A stretch of 64,000 nucleotides of DNA from positions 8,350 to 72,349 of IMG/VR virus record IMGVR_UViG_3300032365_000024; one strand, written 5' to 3'. The stretch is from a virus. Its lineage: Duplodnaviria; Caudoviricetes. Shown one piece after another: positions 1-7,988 of this stretch. Under the pieces are notes generated by a model. The model worked only from the letters and a program-made list of their open reading frames with translations. It did no database searches and had not been told where the DNA came from. The stretch's first letter is position 1. The number at the start of each line of letters is the position of its first letter. Made by a program: the position numbers and the translations under genes.

Positions 1-115
1 AAAGTTCCTCTTGAATATATATCGTTGCTCCAGCAGTCTTATAATGCATCATTATATATTAAAAATCATCAAAAACTTCTCGGCCCGAGATAGTCTCAGA
101 CCAAATATATTAATA

Positions 116-1123
116 TTAGCTCTTAAATTGTTTCGGAAATTCCTTTTGTAATACCTTTCTCATTTGATCACCTTCAGCTGCATATAATGCTTCCAAGAAT
201 CTAGGTGATGCACCATGTTCATTAACACAAGCAAGTCGTTCAGAGAGTTTTCCTGAAAAAGACCAGTCCGAGGGAAAGTCTGGATCGAAAGCTCTTGCAA
301 TACGAACCCTCGGATCAATTTTAGCATCAATTTTGATATTGGGTGTAGATCTTGCCGAACGATTACTCGTATCTAATACCTGAATACCTTCAGTACTAGC
401 AGACGCAGTATGACGAACTTTTCCAACAACTTTTCCTTCAGAAAAATTAATCATTTCCTCTTGATTACCAACAGTTGTCTTAATAGAAACACCTTCACGC
501 TCAATCACATTTTTATTTGGAATAAATCCAGATCCTTCAAGTTCTTCAAGACGTTGTTTCACTTCTTTTGCTTCTTTAGAATATATATCAGTTGTAAGTT
601 GTGCAGGTGTACGGACACGCCCAATTTCTACACCTTCCTGATCTTCAACGTCATTTACAATACTCATATTACCAGAAGTTCGACGATTATCTTGAGCAGT
701 CATAATTTTAGGCTTAGCTGAATCTAAAGGAACATTAAGAACCTTATGACCAGTACTCTGTTGACGCCGATCAGAAACATTCATGACGGTTTCTTCATCC
801 ATGTTATCAGTATCTATGTGACCCTGGACACGTTGAACGCGTCCTAAATCACGATTAATTGATTGAGCTATTGCCCTATTTCGAACCGGAACAATTCTAT
901 TTGGACGAGAATTATCATTTGGATCATCAGTTATCCATCCACTCATAATAGCACTACGTAGTTGTAATGTATTTATTTCGGTACCACCATATTTAAGTAT
1001 AGTACCATCATATTGAAGTTCATCACCTTCAGCGATCTGAATATCATCTTTACCGCCTATGTGCATTTTCATCTTCGCATAATATGTTTTAAACTCGCCG
1101 CGCTTCCATGTCTGTGTTTGCAT
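116..1123 (-). CDS. Hypothetical protein, probably virion-associated (335 aa)
   Basis: Long ORF with SD (AAGGAG) upstream, co-oriented with the virion block; no family recognised. Confidence 0.6.
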   Translation of the reverse strand: MQTQTWKRGEFKTYYAKMKMHIGGKDDIQIAEGDELQYDGTILKYGGTEINTLQLRSAIMSGWITDDPNDNSRPNRIVPVRNRAIAQSINRDLGRVQRVQGHIDTDNMDEETVMNVSDRRQQSTGHKVLNVPLDSAKPKIMTAQDNRRTSGNMSIVNDVEDQEGVEIGRVRTPAQLTTDIYSKEAKEVKQRLEELEGSGFIPNKNVIEREGVSIKTTVGNQEEMINFSEGKVVGKVRHTASASTEGIQVLDTSNRSARSTPNIKIDAKIDPRVRIARAFDPDFPSDWSFSGKLSERLACVNEHGASPRFLEALYAAEGDQMRKVLQKEFPKQFKS

Positions 1124-1190
1124 GATGCAACTCCTTATTGCATCACAATACTTAAAAGAAAAAATTTTTATTATAAAAAGATTAAATATA

Positions 1191-1802
1191 TTATTTCTTC
1201 ATTTCGTCTAGTATTTCATCTAAATATCTATCAAATAATTCACGAATAATCGGAATAGGACCGATAAAATTAACATCATCAAATTTAAGATCTTGAGGTT
1301 CAATTCCATTCGAAATTTTTTCAATGAGTTTATCATTATCCATAAACCCAATAGTTATTTGAGATGGAGGATCCTCTCCATATAATTTAACATAATTTTC
1401 ACCAGATCCAGAACAAAAATATATTGGTTTAAAAATATACTTTTCCTTAATCGAAGAATCTGGTGGATATCCAAATTTAAGCTGAAAGGCAATTTTCCAA
1501 CGTTCATAAGATTTTTTAAGATTCGGAACAAGTGCTAAAACATATGATTTCGGACTTCGAAATCGAGTAGCAAAAGAAAACCACTCTCCTGGATGTTCTT
1601 CAGTCCACCACATTAAATGATTATAGACTTCATCAGCTTTTTCAATTACGAAAATCGGTATTGGAACATTATCTCTAATAATCCAAATGCATGCGTGAAC
1701 ATTTATGCTAGGTAATACATGTATTGATTCTTCAATGTCAGATCCGGGTTCTACTTTAAGTAGTGGAACATATGAGATAACCATATATTTCGAATCTACC
1801 AT
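1191..1802 (-). CDS. Hypothetical protein (203 aa)
   Basis: Intact ORF; G-TAATAT-N5-ATG upstream; no family recognised. Confidence 0.6.
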   Translation of the reverse strand: MVDSKYMVISYVPLLKVEPGSDIEESIHVLPSINVHACIWIIRDNVPIPIFVIEKADEVYNHLMWWTEEHPGEWFSFATRFRSPKSYVLALVPNLKKSYERWKIAFQLKFGYPPDSSIKEKYIFKPIYFCSGSGENYVKLYGEDPPSQITIGFMDNDKLIEKISNGIEPQDLKFDDVNFIGPIPIIRELFDRYLDEILDEMKK

Positions 1803-1831
1803 ATCAAATATTACTAAATAATATTTAAAAT

Positions 1832-2626
1832 TTACGAACTAATATAATCAGACAAATCAATACTACCACGAACTCCAGTTGCTAATTTAATAGCCCGCAT
1901 TCTTGCGTCATCTACAGATAAATTAGCCTTAAGACGAAGCCACGTATATAAAGCTAACCAACATCCATCTGAATGATCAAAATAATGATGTGCATAAATT
2001 CCAGAAGATTCGGTTGCTGAAATCTTACCCATCGCTATCCGATTATCAGAAACTCCAATCCAATTTTGTTCGATGTTCAAATTGGAATTTTCAGATGTTA
2101 GCCAATTAATTAGACTACAGACAGCTTCAGCTTGAGACGCGGTAGGAACACAATACTTTCCGCCATCAGCCCATGGAGCATCAATAAAATCAGTCCATGG
2201 ACTTAATTTTGATACATACTTAGGGTAATATGGATTTACAGTTTCAATACCAACTGATTTTAGATTATGCTCATTAGCATGCCAAAGAAAATCAGTTGCT
2301 AAATCTCCATGTTGATATATAATTCCATCAGCATCAACAATAAAATGAACTCCAAGTCCTTGACCATTTGGATTCGAAGCTGTCTTCGGTTTTAAAACCT
2401 TAACAGTATCTGACCAACTTCGAGTAACAGTTTCATGAATAATTACTTCTGTAACGTTACAGTTACGTATTTTATTTTGAAAATGATATACTGATGGATC
2501 TAAAAAATTCTTAACAATAACATCATCTGGTGGAGATAATTTATTTCCACCAACAACTATCATATTAGAATCAAACACATAAGGATTATCTGTAGATTCG
2601 GTCATTAGCATCTCCTTAAAGGACAA
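1832..2626 (-). CDS. N-acetylmuramoyl-L-alanine amidase (Amidase_2-like), putative endolysin
   Basis: Motifs VIIHET, VHFIVDADGIIYQ, WHANEHNLKSVGIE and a C-terminal AHH..DHSD match Zn-amidases. True start is probably the downstream ATG (MTESTD) after AAGGAG. Confidence 0.8.
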   Translation of the reverse strand: MSFKEMLMTESTDNPYVFDSNMIVVGGNKLSPPDDVIVKNFLDPSVYHFQNKIRNCNVTEVIIHETVTRSWSDTVKVLKPKTASNPNGQGLGVHFIVDADGIIYQHGDLATDFLWHANEHNLKSVGIETVNPYYPKYVSKLSPWTDFIDAPWADGGKYCVPTASQAEAVCSLINWLTSENSNLNIEQNWIGVSDNRIAMGKISATESSGIYAHHYFDHSDGCWLALYTWLRLKANLSVDDARMRAIKLATGVRGSIDLSDYISS

Positions 2627-2653
2627 TACTAATGACCGAATCTATTACAAATA

Positions 2654-3502
2654 TTAATAAGCAGCAGTTACAACCCAATTAGCATCATCACTAGTGAATA
2701 CCCAAGATTTCAAAGAACCCGAGAAACCCTGGGGTGCAGCAACACCATCGATAGTTTGACTACTAACTGTATCGACAGTAATTACATTTGAACTAACAGT
2801 CATATTTTTCACTATAACAGATTTACCAAGATTACCAACGGCTGTTGGAAGTATAACAGTAAATCCGCCTACAGATGGATCGCACTCAACAAGCTGCGAA
2901 ATTGACATTGAAGATGGACCGGTGGCAAGAGTCGCAACTGAAGTGATATTTGCTGGGCCATCAGGACCGGTAGCCCCTTGAATTCCGGTGACTCCTTGAG
3001 GGCCAGTAGGACCGTCTGAAGGGCCAGTAGGACCCTGAATTCCTTGAGGACCAGTAACTCCCTGAGGACCAGTAACTCCATCAACTCCAGTAGCACCCTG
3101 AATCCCTTGAACTCCAGTGGCTCCCTGGATTCCTTGAACTCCAGTGGCCCCATCAGGGCCAGTAGGACCTTGAACTCCAGTGGCCCCATCAGGGCCAGTA
3201 GGACCTTGAACTCCAGTGGCCCCATCAGGGCCAGTAGGACCTTGAACTCCTTGAACTCCAGTGGCCCCATCAACTCCAGTGGCCCCATCAGGGCCAGTAG
3301 GACCTTGAATTCCTTGAACTCCAGTGGCCCCTTGAGGACCGACAGCACCAGTAGGACCACCCGCTGGACCAGTGGCTCCTTGAGGACCTTGTGGACCAGT
3401 GGCTCCCTGAAGATTAGGACCCGTTGCTCCTGTGCCCCATAACTGCTTCCAAAGAGTACCAAATGCACTAGTGCGAATATCTAGCAATGTTGCTTGTGCC
3501 AT
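2654..3502 (-). CDS. Collagen-like (Gly-X-Y) fibre protein
   Basis: Long run of G-X-Y triplets ([12 protein letters not shown]) followed by a short beta-rich C-terminal domain. Confidence 0.85.
   Translation of the reverse strand: MAQATLLDIRTSAFGTLWKQLWGTGATGPNLQGATGPQGPQGATGPAGGPTGAVGPQGATGVQGIQGPTGPDGATGVDGATGVQGVQGPTGPDGATGVQGPTGPDGATGVQGPTGPDGATGVQGIQGATGVQGIQGATGVDGVTGPQGVTGPQGIQGPTGPSDGPTGPQGVTGIQGATGPDGPANITSVATLATGPSSMSISQLVECDPSVGGFTVILPTAVGNLGKSVIVKNMTVSSNVITVDTVSSQTIDGVAAPQGFSGSLKSWVFTSDDANWVVTAAY
3132..3239. repeat. Three perfect 36-bp tandem repeats in the collagen gene
   Basis: Unit CCTTGAACTCCAGTGGCCCCATCAGGGCCAGTAGGA x3 (encodes [12 protein letters not shown]), flanked by partial copies. 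Confidence 0.95.
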
Positions 3503-3547
3503 GTGAATTTCTCACCAATCCGGAGTTAACGAGCCAATTAACTTAGT

Positions 3548-3985
3548 TTAGCCAACCTTTATCAAAAAGGTGATGGCAAAAGGAGTTGGATTAGTGACAG
3601 TAACCTGGGTAAAAACATCATCATGTACGATGTCCATAACTCCTGTAGCATCAACCCAAGTATTACCATTCTGCTTTAGAACAGTAACTGTAGGTGCATA
3701 ATTTAATCCATGGGTGATAGTTATACTACTACCTGGATTACCAGTTGCAGCTAATTGAATCGTGTCATTAACTGTTATATAATTCTTATCTCGAAACTTT
3801 TTTATGTCTCCGTAGTGAGCACTACGAAGTACTTCAGAAGTATCAGGTAAATACACAGATGCATGCGGAGTTCCAATCGGATCTAGATATTGATCCTCCC
3901 CGCGACGTCCTTCAGTTTGCGCTGAACGGAGGAACTTTAAATCTTTTAAATAGATGCGTTGAGTAGATACGTTAGTAACTTTCAT
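3548..3985 (-). CDS. Putative virion structural protein (145 aa)
   Basis: Thr/Val-rich beta-type sequence (ITITHGLNYAPTVTVL) directly upstream of the collagen gene. Confidence 0.55.
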   Translation of the reverse strand: MKVTNVSTQRIYLKDLKFLRSAQTEGRRGEDQYLDPIGTPHASVYLPDTSEVLRSAHYGDIKKFRDKNYITVNDTIQLAATGNPGSSITITHGLNYAPTVTVLKQNGNTWVDATGVMDIVHDDVFTQVTVTNPTPFAITFLIKVG

Positions 3986-4015
3986 CTTACCAAACTTTTT
4001 CTAATAAAAGCATAA

Positions 4016-4045
4016 TTGTTCGTATAAAACTTTTTGATGTATACT
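4016..4045 (+). promoter_or_regulatory. Possible sigma70-type promoter for the 4110 gene
   Basis: TTGTTC-N18-TATACT in the divergent intergenic region; -35 match is weak. Confidence 0.3.
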
Positions 4046-4109
4046 ATTATTATGACATGGTTATTTAGAGGAAAAAGAAATCATTTTTAGTTCCGAAAGG
4101 AGTCTAAAA

Positions 4110-4325
4110 ATGATTACTACTCTTCCTGCAGTACAGCATAATTGTAAACACGCTCGACGCTTTATTTCCTATGGACCGAAAGCAAAACATACCGATAAGC
4201 GTATTGCTAATCGTAAATACCGTCGAATTTTAAACCGTATTACTAATACATTTATATATAACTCAGAACTTTTCTATAATGAAACATTCGATATTCCGTC
4301 ATTATCTTCTTGGGATATCTATTAA
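4110..4325 (+). CDS. Small basic hypothetical protein (71 aa)
   Basis: SD GGAG upstream; Arg/Lys-rich; converges on the 4326 ORF. Confidence 0.55.
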   Translation: MITTLPAVQHNCKHARRFISYGPKAKHTDKRIANRKYRRILNRITNTFIYNSELFYNETFDIPSLSSWDIY

Positions 4326-4571
4326 CTATCTCTCTGGAGGATAAAATTTCCGAGCTATAACTTCACCATTTGGTGAAACAAGCCATATTCCACCAGCTCG
4401 CATTTTATCAAGTTCCTTTTTATATGCTTTAGAAGCAAATGATGCTTTATCACTAGGGAATGTACTAAATGTACGTACGGATTTAAATGGACGTCCAGAA
4501 TAACGATATATCACCCAAATACCACGTGCTTCATATTTATCACCAACATTAGTCCATCCGTTGAGTTCCAT
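4326..4571 (-). CDS. Hypothetical protein (81 aa)
   Basis: ORF with G-TATTAT-N7-ATG upstream. Confidence 0.5.
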   Translation of the reverse strand: MELNGWTNVGDKYEARGIWVIYRYSGRPFKSVRTFSTFPSDKASFASKAYKKELDKMRAGGIWLVSPNGEVIARKFYPPER

Positions 4572-4593
4572 TATCCGGATAATACATTAAAAT

Positions 4594-4887
4594 TTATGCA
4601 TTTCCATTTATTGGAATTTGACGCTTTCGAAAATATTCAATAATACTATCTTTGGTCATCTGAAGTGGACTGCCAGATTTTTCAGATAAAGATCTGGCAA
4701 GTACATTTATTTCTGATATACCAACATAAGATGAATGATATGTATTAATCCACTGATGAAGAGCTTTAATGCTTGTAGTTGGAATTTGAAGCTTATGATT
4801 ACGTTCAACAGATTGTGCGATAGCATTACTTCCAAAAGATTCACCAGTTTTAATATCTACAACATTCTCTTTCACATCAATTTCCAC
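4594..4887 (-). CDS. Hypothetical protein (97 aa)
   Basis: Non-overlapping ORF; no family recognised. Confidence 0.45.
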   Translation of the reverse strand: MEIDVKENVVDIKTGESFGSNAIAQSVERNHKLQIPTTSIKALHQWINTYHSSYVGISEINVLARSLSEKSGSPLQMTKDSIIEYFRKRQIPINGNA

Positions 4888-5013
4888 TAAAACTTCTCCA
4901 AGAAAATATTCATATTCATACCCAAAATTTACAATACCACCAGAACGTTCAAATAATCTGATTTCGAATCATGAAGCAATTTAATGCAAAATAGATCTAT
5001 ATTAAAATAATAT

Positions 5014-5586
5014 ATGAAAAAATCATCAAACGTATATTTTAATATGGATAAGAATGAGTATGAAATCATATCGAATCAATTAAAAGAAGCTGCAAAAAAA
5101 TGGAATGGAGAAAGTCTCGAAACTTTTTTATCTGCACCAGCCGCAGATGCACTTGCTAAAGAAGCTAATACTACGTCATTTTTATTAGATATTATAGCAG
5201 AATCACTTGATATACGCAGTCTAATGCTTCAAGCTGCTACTAAACTTGAAGAAATAGCTAAAAAAGAATGCGAACCAAGTGCTCTTGATTTAATCAAGAG
5301 TGGACAGGATTGGGGCCGAATCCCTGTGCCACCAAAATTACTTCGCAGTATATGGAGAATTGGCGAAGCATTAGATCTTTTTCTTGGAAAACATATTCTT
5401 GGAGAAGAATTTGAAGCCGAAGCTATGGAAATGATGGAAATGGCTAGACAATGGGTACGATTTCACAAAGGTCTTGAATCAGGACAAGATGTTATCCAAA
5501 TAGATGTATTACCACTTGAAGCTCAAGAAAAATTGCGTCAATTAAATATGACTAAAAAACCTGACATGAGCAATCCACCATTTTAA
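5014..5586 (+). CDS. Hypothetical helical protein (190 aa)
   Basis: Long non-overlapping ORF on the + strand; no family recognised. Confidence 0.6.
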   Translation: MKKSSNVYFNMDKNEYEIISNQLKEAAKKWNGESLETFLSAPAADALAKEANTTSFLLDIIAESLDIRSLMLQAATKLEEIAKKECEPSALDLIKSGQDWGRIPVPPKLLRSIWRIGEALDLFLGKHILGEEFEAEAMEMMEMARQWVRFHKGLESGQDVIQIDVLPLEAQEKLRQLNMTKKPDMSNPPF

Positions 5587-5647
5587 TACCTTTTTATCGA
5601 AACGATATTAATTATATAAACAACTATATATAAATAAGTATTCACAT

Positions 5648-5827
5648 TTAAGCTATTCGACGTCGTGTCGGAGTATATTCACGTTCAAAATTATTTCGCG
5701 ATATGATAGTTTTGCAACTACTATTCACATGATGAAGTATCACTTGATCTTTATCAATAAAATGAATATACCAAGATGCATCACCTTTTTGATCACGAAC
5801 AATACGCTTCTCTTCTAAATCAGCCAT
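5648..5827 (-). CDS. Small hypothetical protein (59 aa), absent from the ORF track
   Basis: Translated by hand: MADLEEKRIVRDQKGDASWYIHFIDKDQVILHHVNSSCKTIISRNNFEREYTPTRRRIA*; SD-like AAAGGTG 4 nt upstream; fills an otherwise empty gap. Confidence 0.55.
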   Translation of the reverse strand: MADLEEKRIVRDQKGDASWYIHFIDKDQVILHHVNSSCKTIISRNNFEREYTPTRRRIA

Positions 5828-5874
5828 GTTTCACCTTTCGTGGATGTGACCATACCAAATAAAAAATTTATTAA

Positions 5875-6201
5875 TCATAATTCATGTACATTAATACAAA
5901 CAAATTCTCCTACTCCTGGAGAATTTTTGGTTTGATCCACGTCAAACCAAATATGACCATCAAAACCGATCGTCATGATCCCGGAAATTTGAAGTCTGTT
6001 TGAATTCGATAAATTTCGAAGTTTCGGATCAGCTTGAATAGCACGTGCCATTTTATAAGTAGATTCTAAACTAGTCCATTTAATTTCTAATGCTAAACAA
6101 GATACATCTTCCAGGTTGTCCCTGAAATAGGCAACAGAACACATATCTTCTGAAAGAACTGACATTGAAACAATAGTTGCCGAAAATACAGATTGAATCA
6201 C
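5875..6201 (-). CDS. Hypothetical protein (108 aa, GTG start)
   Basis: Non-overlapping ORF co-oriented with its neighbours. Confidence 0.45.
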   Translation of the reverse strand: MIQSVFSATIVSMSVLSEDMCSVAYFRDNLEDVSCLALEIKWTSLESTYKMARAIQADPKLRNLSNSNRLQISGIMTIGFDGHIWFDVDQTKNSPGVGEFVCINVHEL

Positions 6202-6243
6202 AGATATAAATACACTAATAATGAAAAAATTTACGAAATAATA

Positions 6244-6714
6244 TTATTCAGATATAGCTACAAGTACACATTTAAGATCTTGAGTTACGGAATTCAGATC
6301 TCTTGATTTCTCAATCTTAGCAGCAATACGTCGTAATGCATACATAACCTGTACAGGTGTTACACTAGATGTGGCTGGACGACCAATCGGTAAAACACGG
6401 TCAGCAATACGCTCAAGTTCGCCTACATTTAATCTCTCGGCGATAAATCCATCAAGACCCAAACGCTTAATGTCAACTTGATCAAGCATAAGCGACGGCA
6501 AGACATCACTCATATAAATATCAGCTTCTCGTCGCAATCCTTCTAGAAAAGCCTCAGTCGGTGCATTGGTGCGCTTCAGCCTAGGCTCTAAAAATCGTTG
6601 CACCAAAGCATCATGATGTTGATCAATATAATCAAGAACTGCTACTTCAATAGGTTCAGAAAGTCGGTCCAGAAATTCATTTGACGGACCTTCATACGCA
6701 CGATGCCTCTTCAT
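6244..6714 (-). CDS. Hypothetical protein with C-terminal LRxIAxKI helical module
   Basis: C-terminus VTPVQVMYALRRIAAKIEKSRDLNSVTQDLKCVLVAISE is shared with the 6739 and 61873 ORFs. Confidence 0.6.
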   Translation of the reverse strand: MKRHRAYEGPSNEFLDRLSEPIEVAVLDYIDQHHDALVQRFLEPRLKRTNAPTEAFLEGLRREADIYMSDVLPSLMLDQVDIKRLGLDGFIAERLNVGELERIADRVLPIGRPATSSVTPVQVMYALRRIAAKIEKSRDLNSVTQDLKCVLVAISE

Positions 6715-6738
6715 ATCATATAAAACAAAAACAAAAAT

Positions 6739-7185
6739 TTAACCATGAAGCCAATCATTAATATAAGCATCGAATTCGCTAGAAGTTCGCCATATCTCAG
6801 TATCTGGTCCCATCAGTGGTTTATCTTCTGATCCATGGAATGAATTTGACACTATAATAGCATTTCCACCAGGATCAGTTGAAAAATCAAGAAATACTTC
6901 CCCATCATTAGACATATCATCAGAAACAAGTTGTAATTCACGTAATGTAGCACTACCTATTATAGGCTCCAATTGATCCAGTTGACTCTTTGTTGGTTTA
7001 AAACCAATACATATACCAGTTATATCACCAAATTGAATCTCAGTTGCAGTTGATTCAGTTGATCTATCTAACGCTGCTAATACCTTTTGAATATCTTTAG
7101 CTACCAGACTCTTATCAGGATTCTTTGAGTTCTCAATTTTAGATGCAATATGTCGAAGTGCCTGAGCAGTCTGAGATGGCTTCAT
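6739..7185 (-). CDS. Hypothetical protein with N-terminal LRxIAxKI helical module
   Basis: N-terminus MKPSQTAQALRHIASKIENSKNPDKSLVAKDIQKVLAAL followed by an acidic region. Confidence 0.6.
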   Translation of the reverse strand: MKPSQTAQALRHIASKIENSKNPDKSLVAKDIQKVLAALDRSTESTATEIQFGDITGICIGFKPTKSQLDQLEPIIGSATLRELQLVSDDMSNDGEVFLDFSTDPGGNAIIVSNSFHGSEDKPLMGPDTEIWRTSSEFDAYINDWLHG

Positions 7186-7208
7186 ATTTAATAAACTACA
7201 ATAAAAAA

Positions 7209-7664
7209 CTATTCAGAAATAGCCACAAATCCATCATCAGTCTTGAACACTTTACACGAAGTATGAAGATTAACTATCCCAATGCATTCAGAATTTGGAC
7301 GATCGATTTTACAGGGCTTCCATTTCTTAATAGAAGCTAGTTTCCAATTCTTACCATTAAACGAATAAGCATTTACTTTTGTTGAAATTGGTTGACTAAC
7401 TTCATCTTCCAACTGAACATATAAAGAGTCACACATATCTAAAGATAGAGAACCATCAATACGACGTACCACCAATTCGGGTTTTGAACTCTCTAAAACA
7501 ATAAACTTCCCTACAATTTGTTCTTCATCGGTATGTCTATGCTGTTCAATAATTTTTCCAACTAGGTCAATATCATCAAGAAGGAATATCTTACATTTAA
7601 TTACATCACCATCTTCTAATGAAGATTTGACTGTTGCTACAAGTTTTTTTTCGCATGTTAACAT
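7209..7664 (-). CDS. Hypothetical protein (151 aa), weak Hint-fold resemblance
   Basis: TAATG-coupled region with the upstream gene; see findings. Confidence 0.5.
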   Translation of the reverse strand: MLTCEKKLVATVKSSLEDGDVIKCKIFLLDDIDLVGKIIEQHRHTDEEQIVGKFIVLESSKPELVVRRIDGSLSLDMCDSLYVQLEDEVSQPISTKVNAYSFNGKNWKLASIKKWKPCKIDRPNSECIGIVNLHTSCKVFKTDDGFVAISE

Positions 7665-7668
7665 TACC

Positions 7669-7968
7669 CTAAATACCGATTAAATTCTTCAAATGTTTAA
7701 TTTGTGGATAAAGGTATTTCATGATTGTATCACGCGTATTCGTGGCACCACAAATATATGCACGCTCAGTATCTGAATTTATTGGTATCCCATCAGCATT
7801 AAGCCGTGAACGTATCGTGGTATTCTTATGAGGACCACCGAAGTCCGTACGAATAAATGATAAAATCAGCCTAAGTGTATCAATAATAGATACATTCGGT
7901 TTTTCATCAATACCAACACGTCGTCTATTGCTTGGCATATTAGATTTTACACTAAAAAATCTAAGCAT
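7669..7968 (-). CDS. Hypothetical protein (99 aa)
   Basis: Non-overlapping ORF. Confidence 0.5.
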   Translation of the reverse strand: MLRFFSVKSNMPSNRRRVGIDEKPNVSIIDTLRLILSFIRTDFGGPHKNTTIRSRLNADGIPINSDTERAYICGATNTRDTIMKYLYPQIKHLKNLIGI

Positions 7969-7988
7969 AAATATATACAGTTATGAAC

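Noticed and set aside
3132-3300. 36-bp repeats resembling a CRISPR repeat length
   Set aside because: The units are directly adjacent with no unique spacers, lie in frame in a collagen gene, and no cas genes are present.
2869-3468. 199-aa and 132-aa alternative-frame ORFs over the collagen gene
   Set aside because: Shadow frames kept open by the stop-free G-X-Y repeat; they only mirror the repeat.
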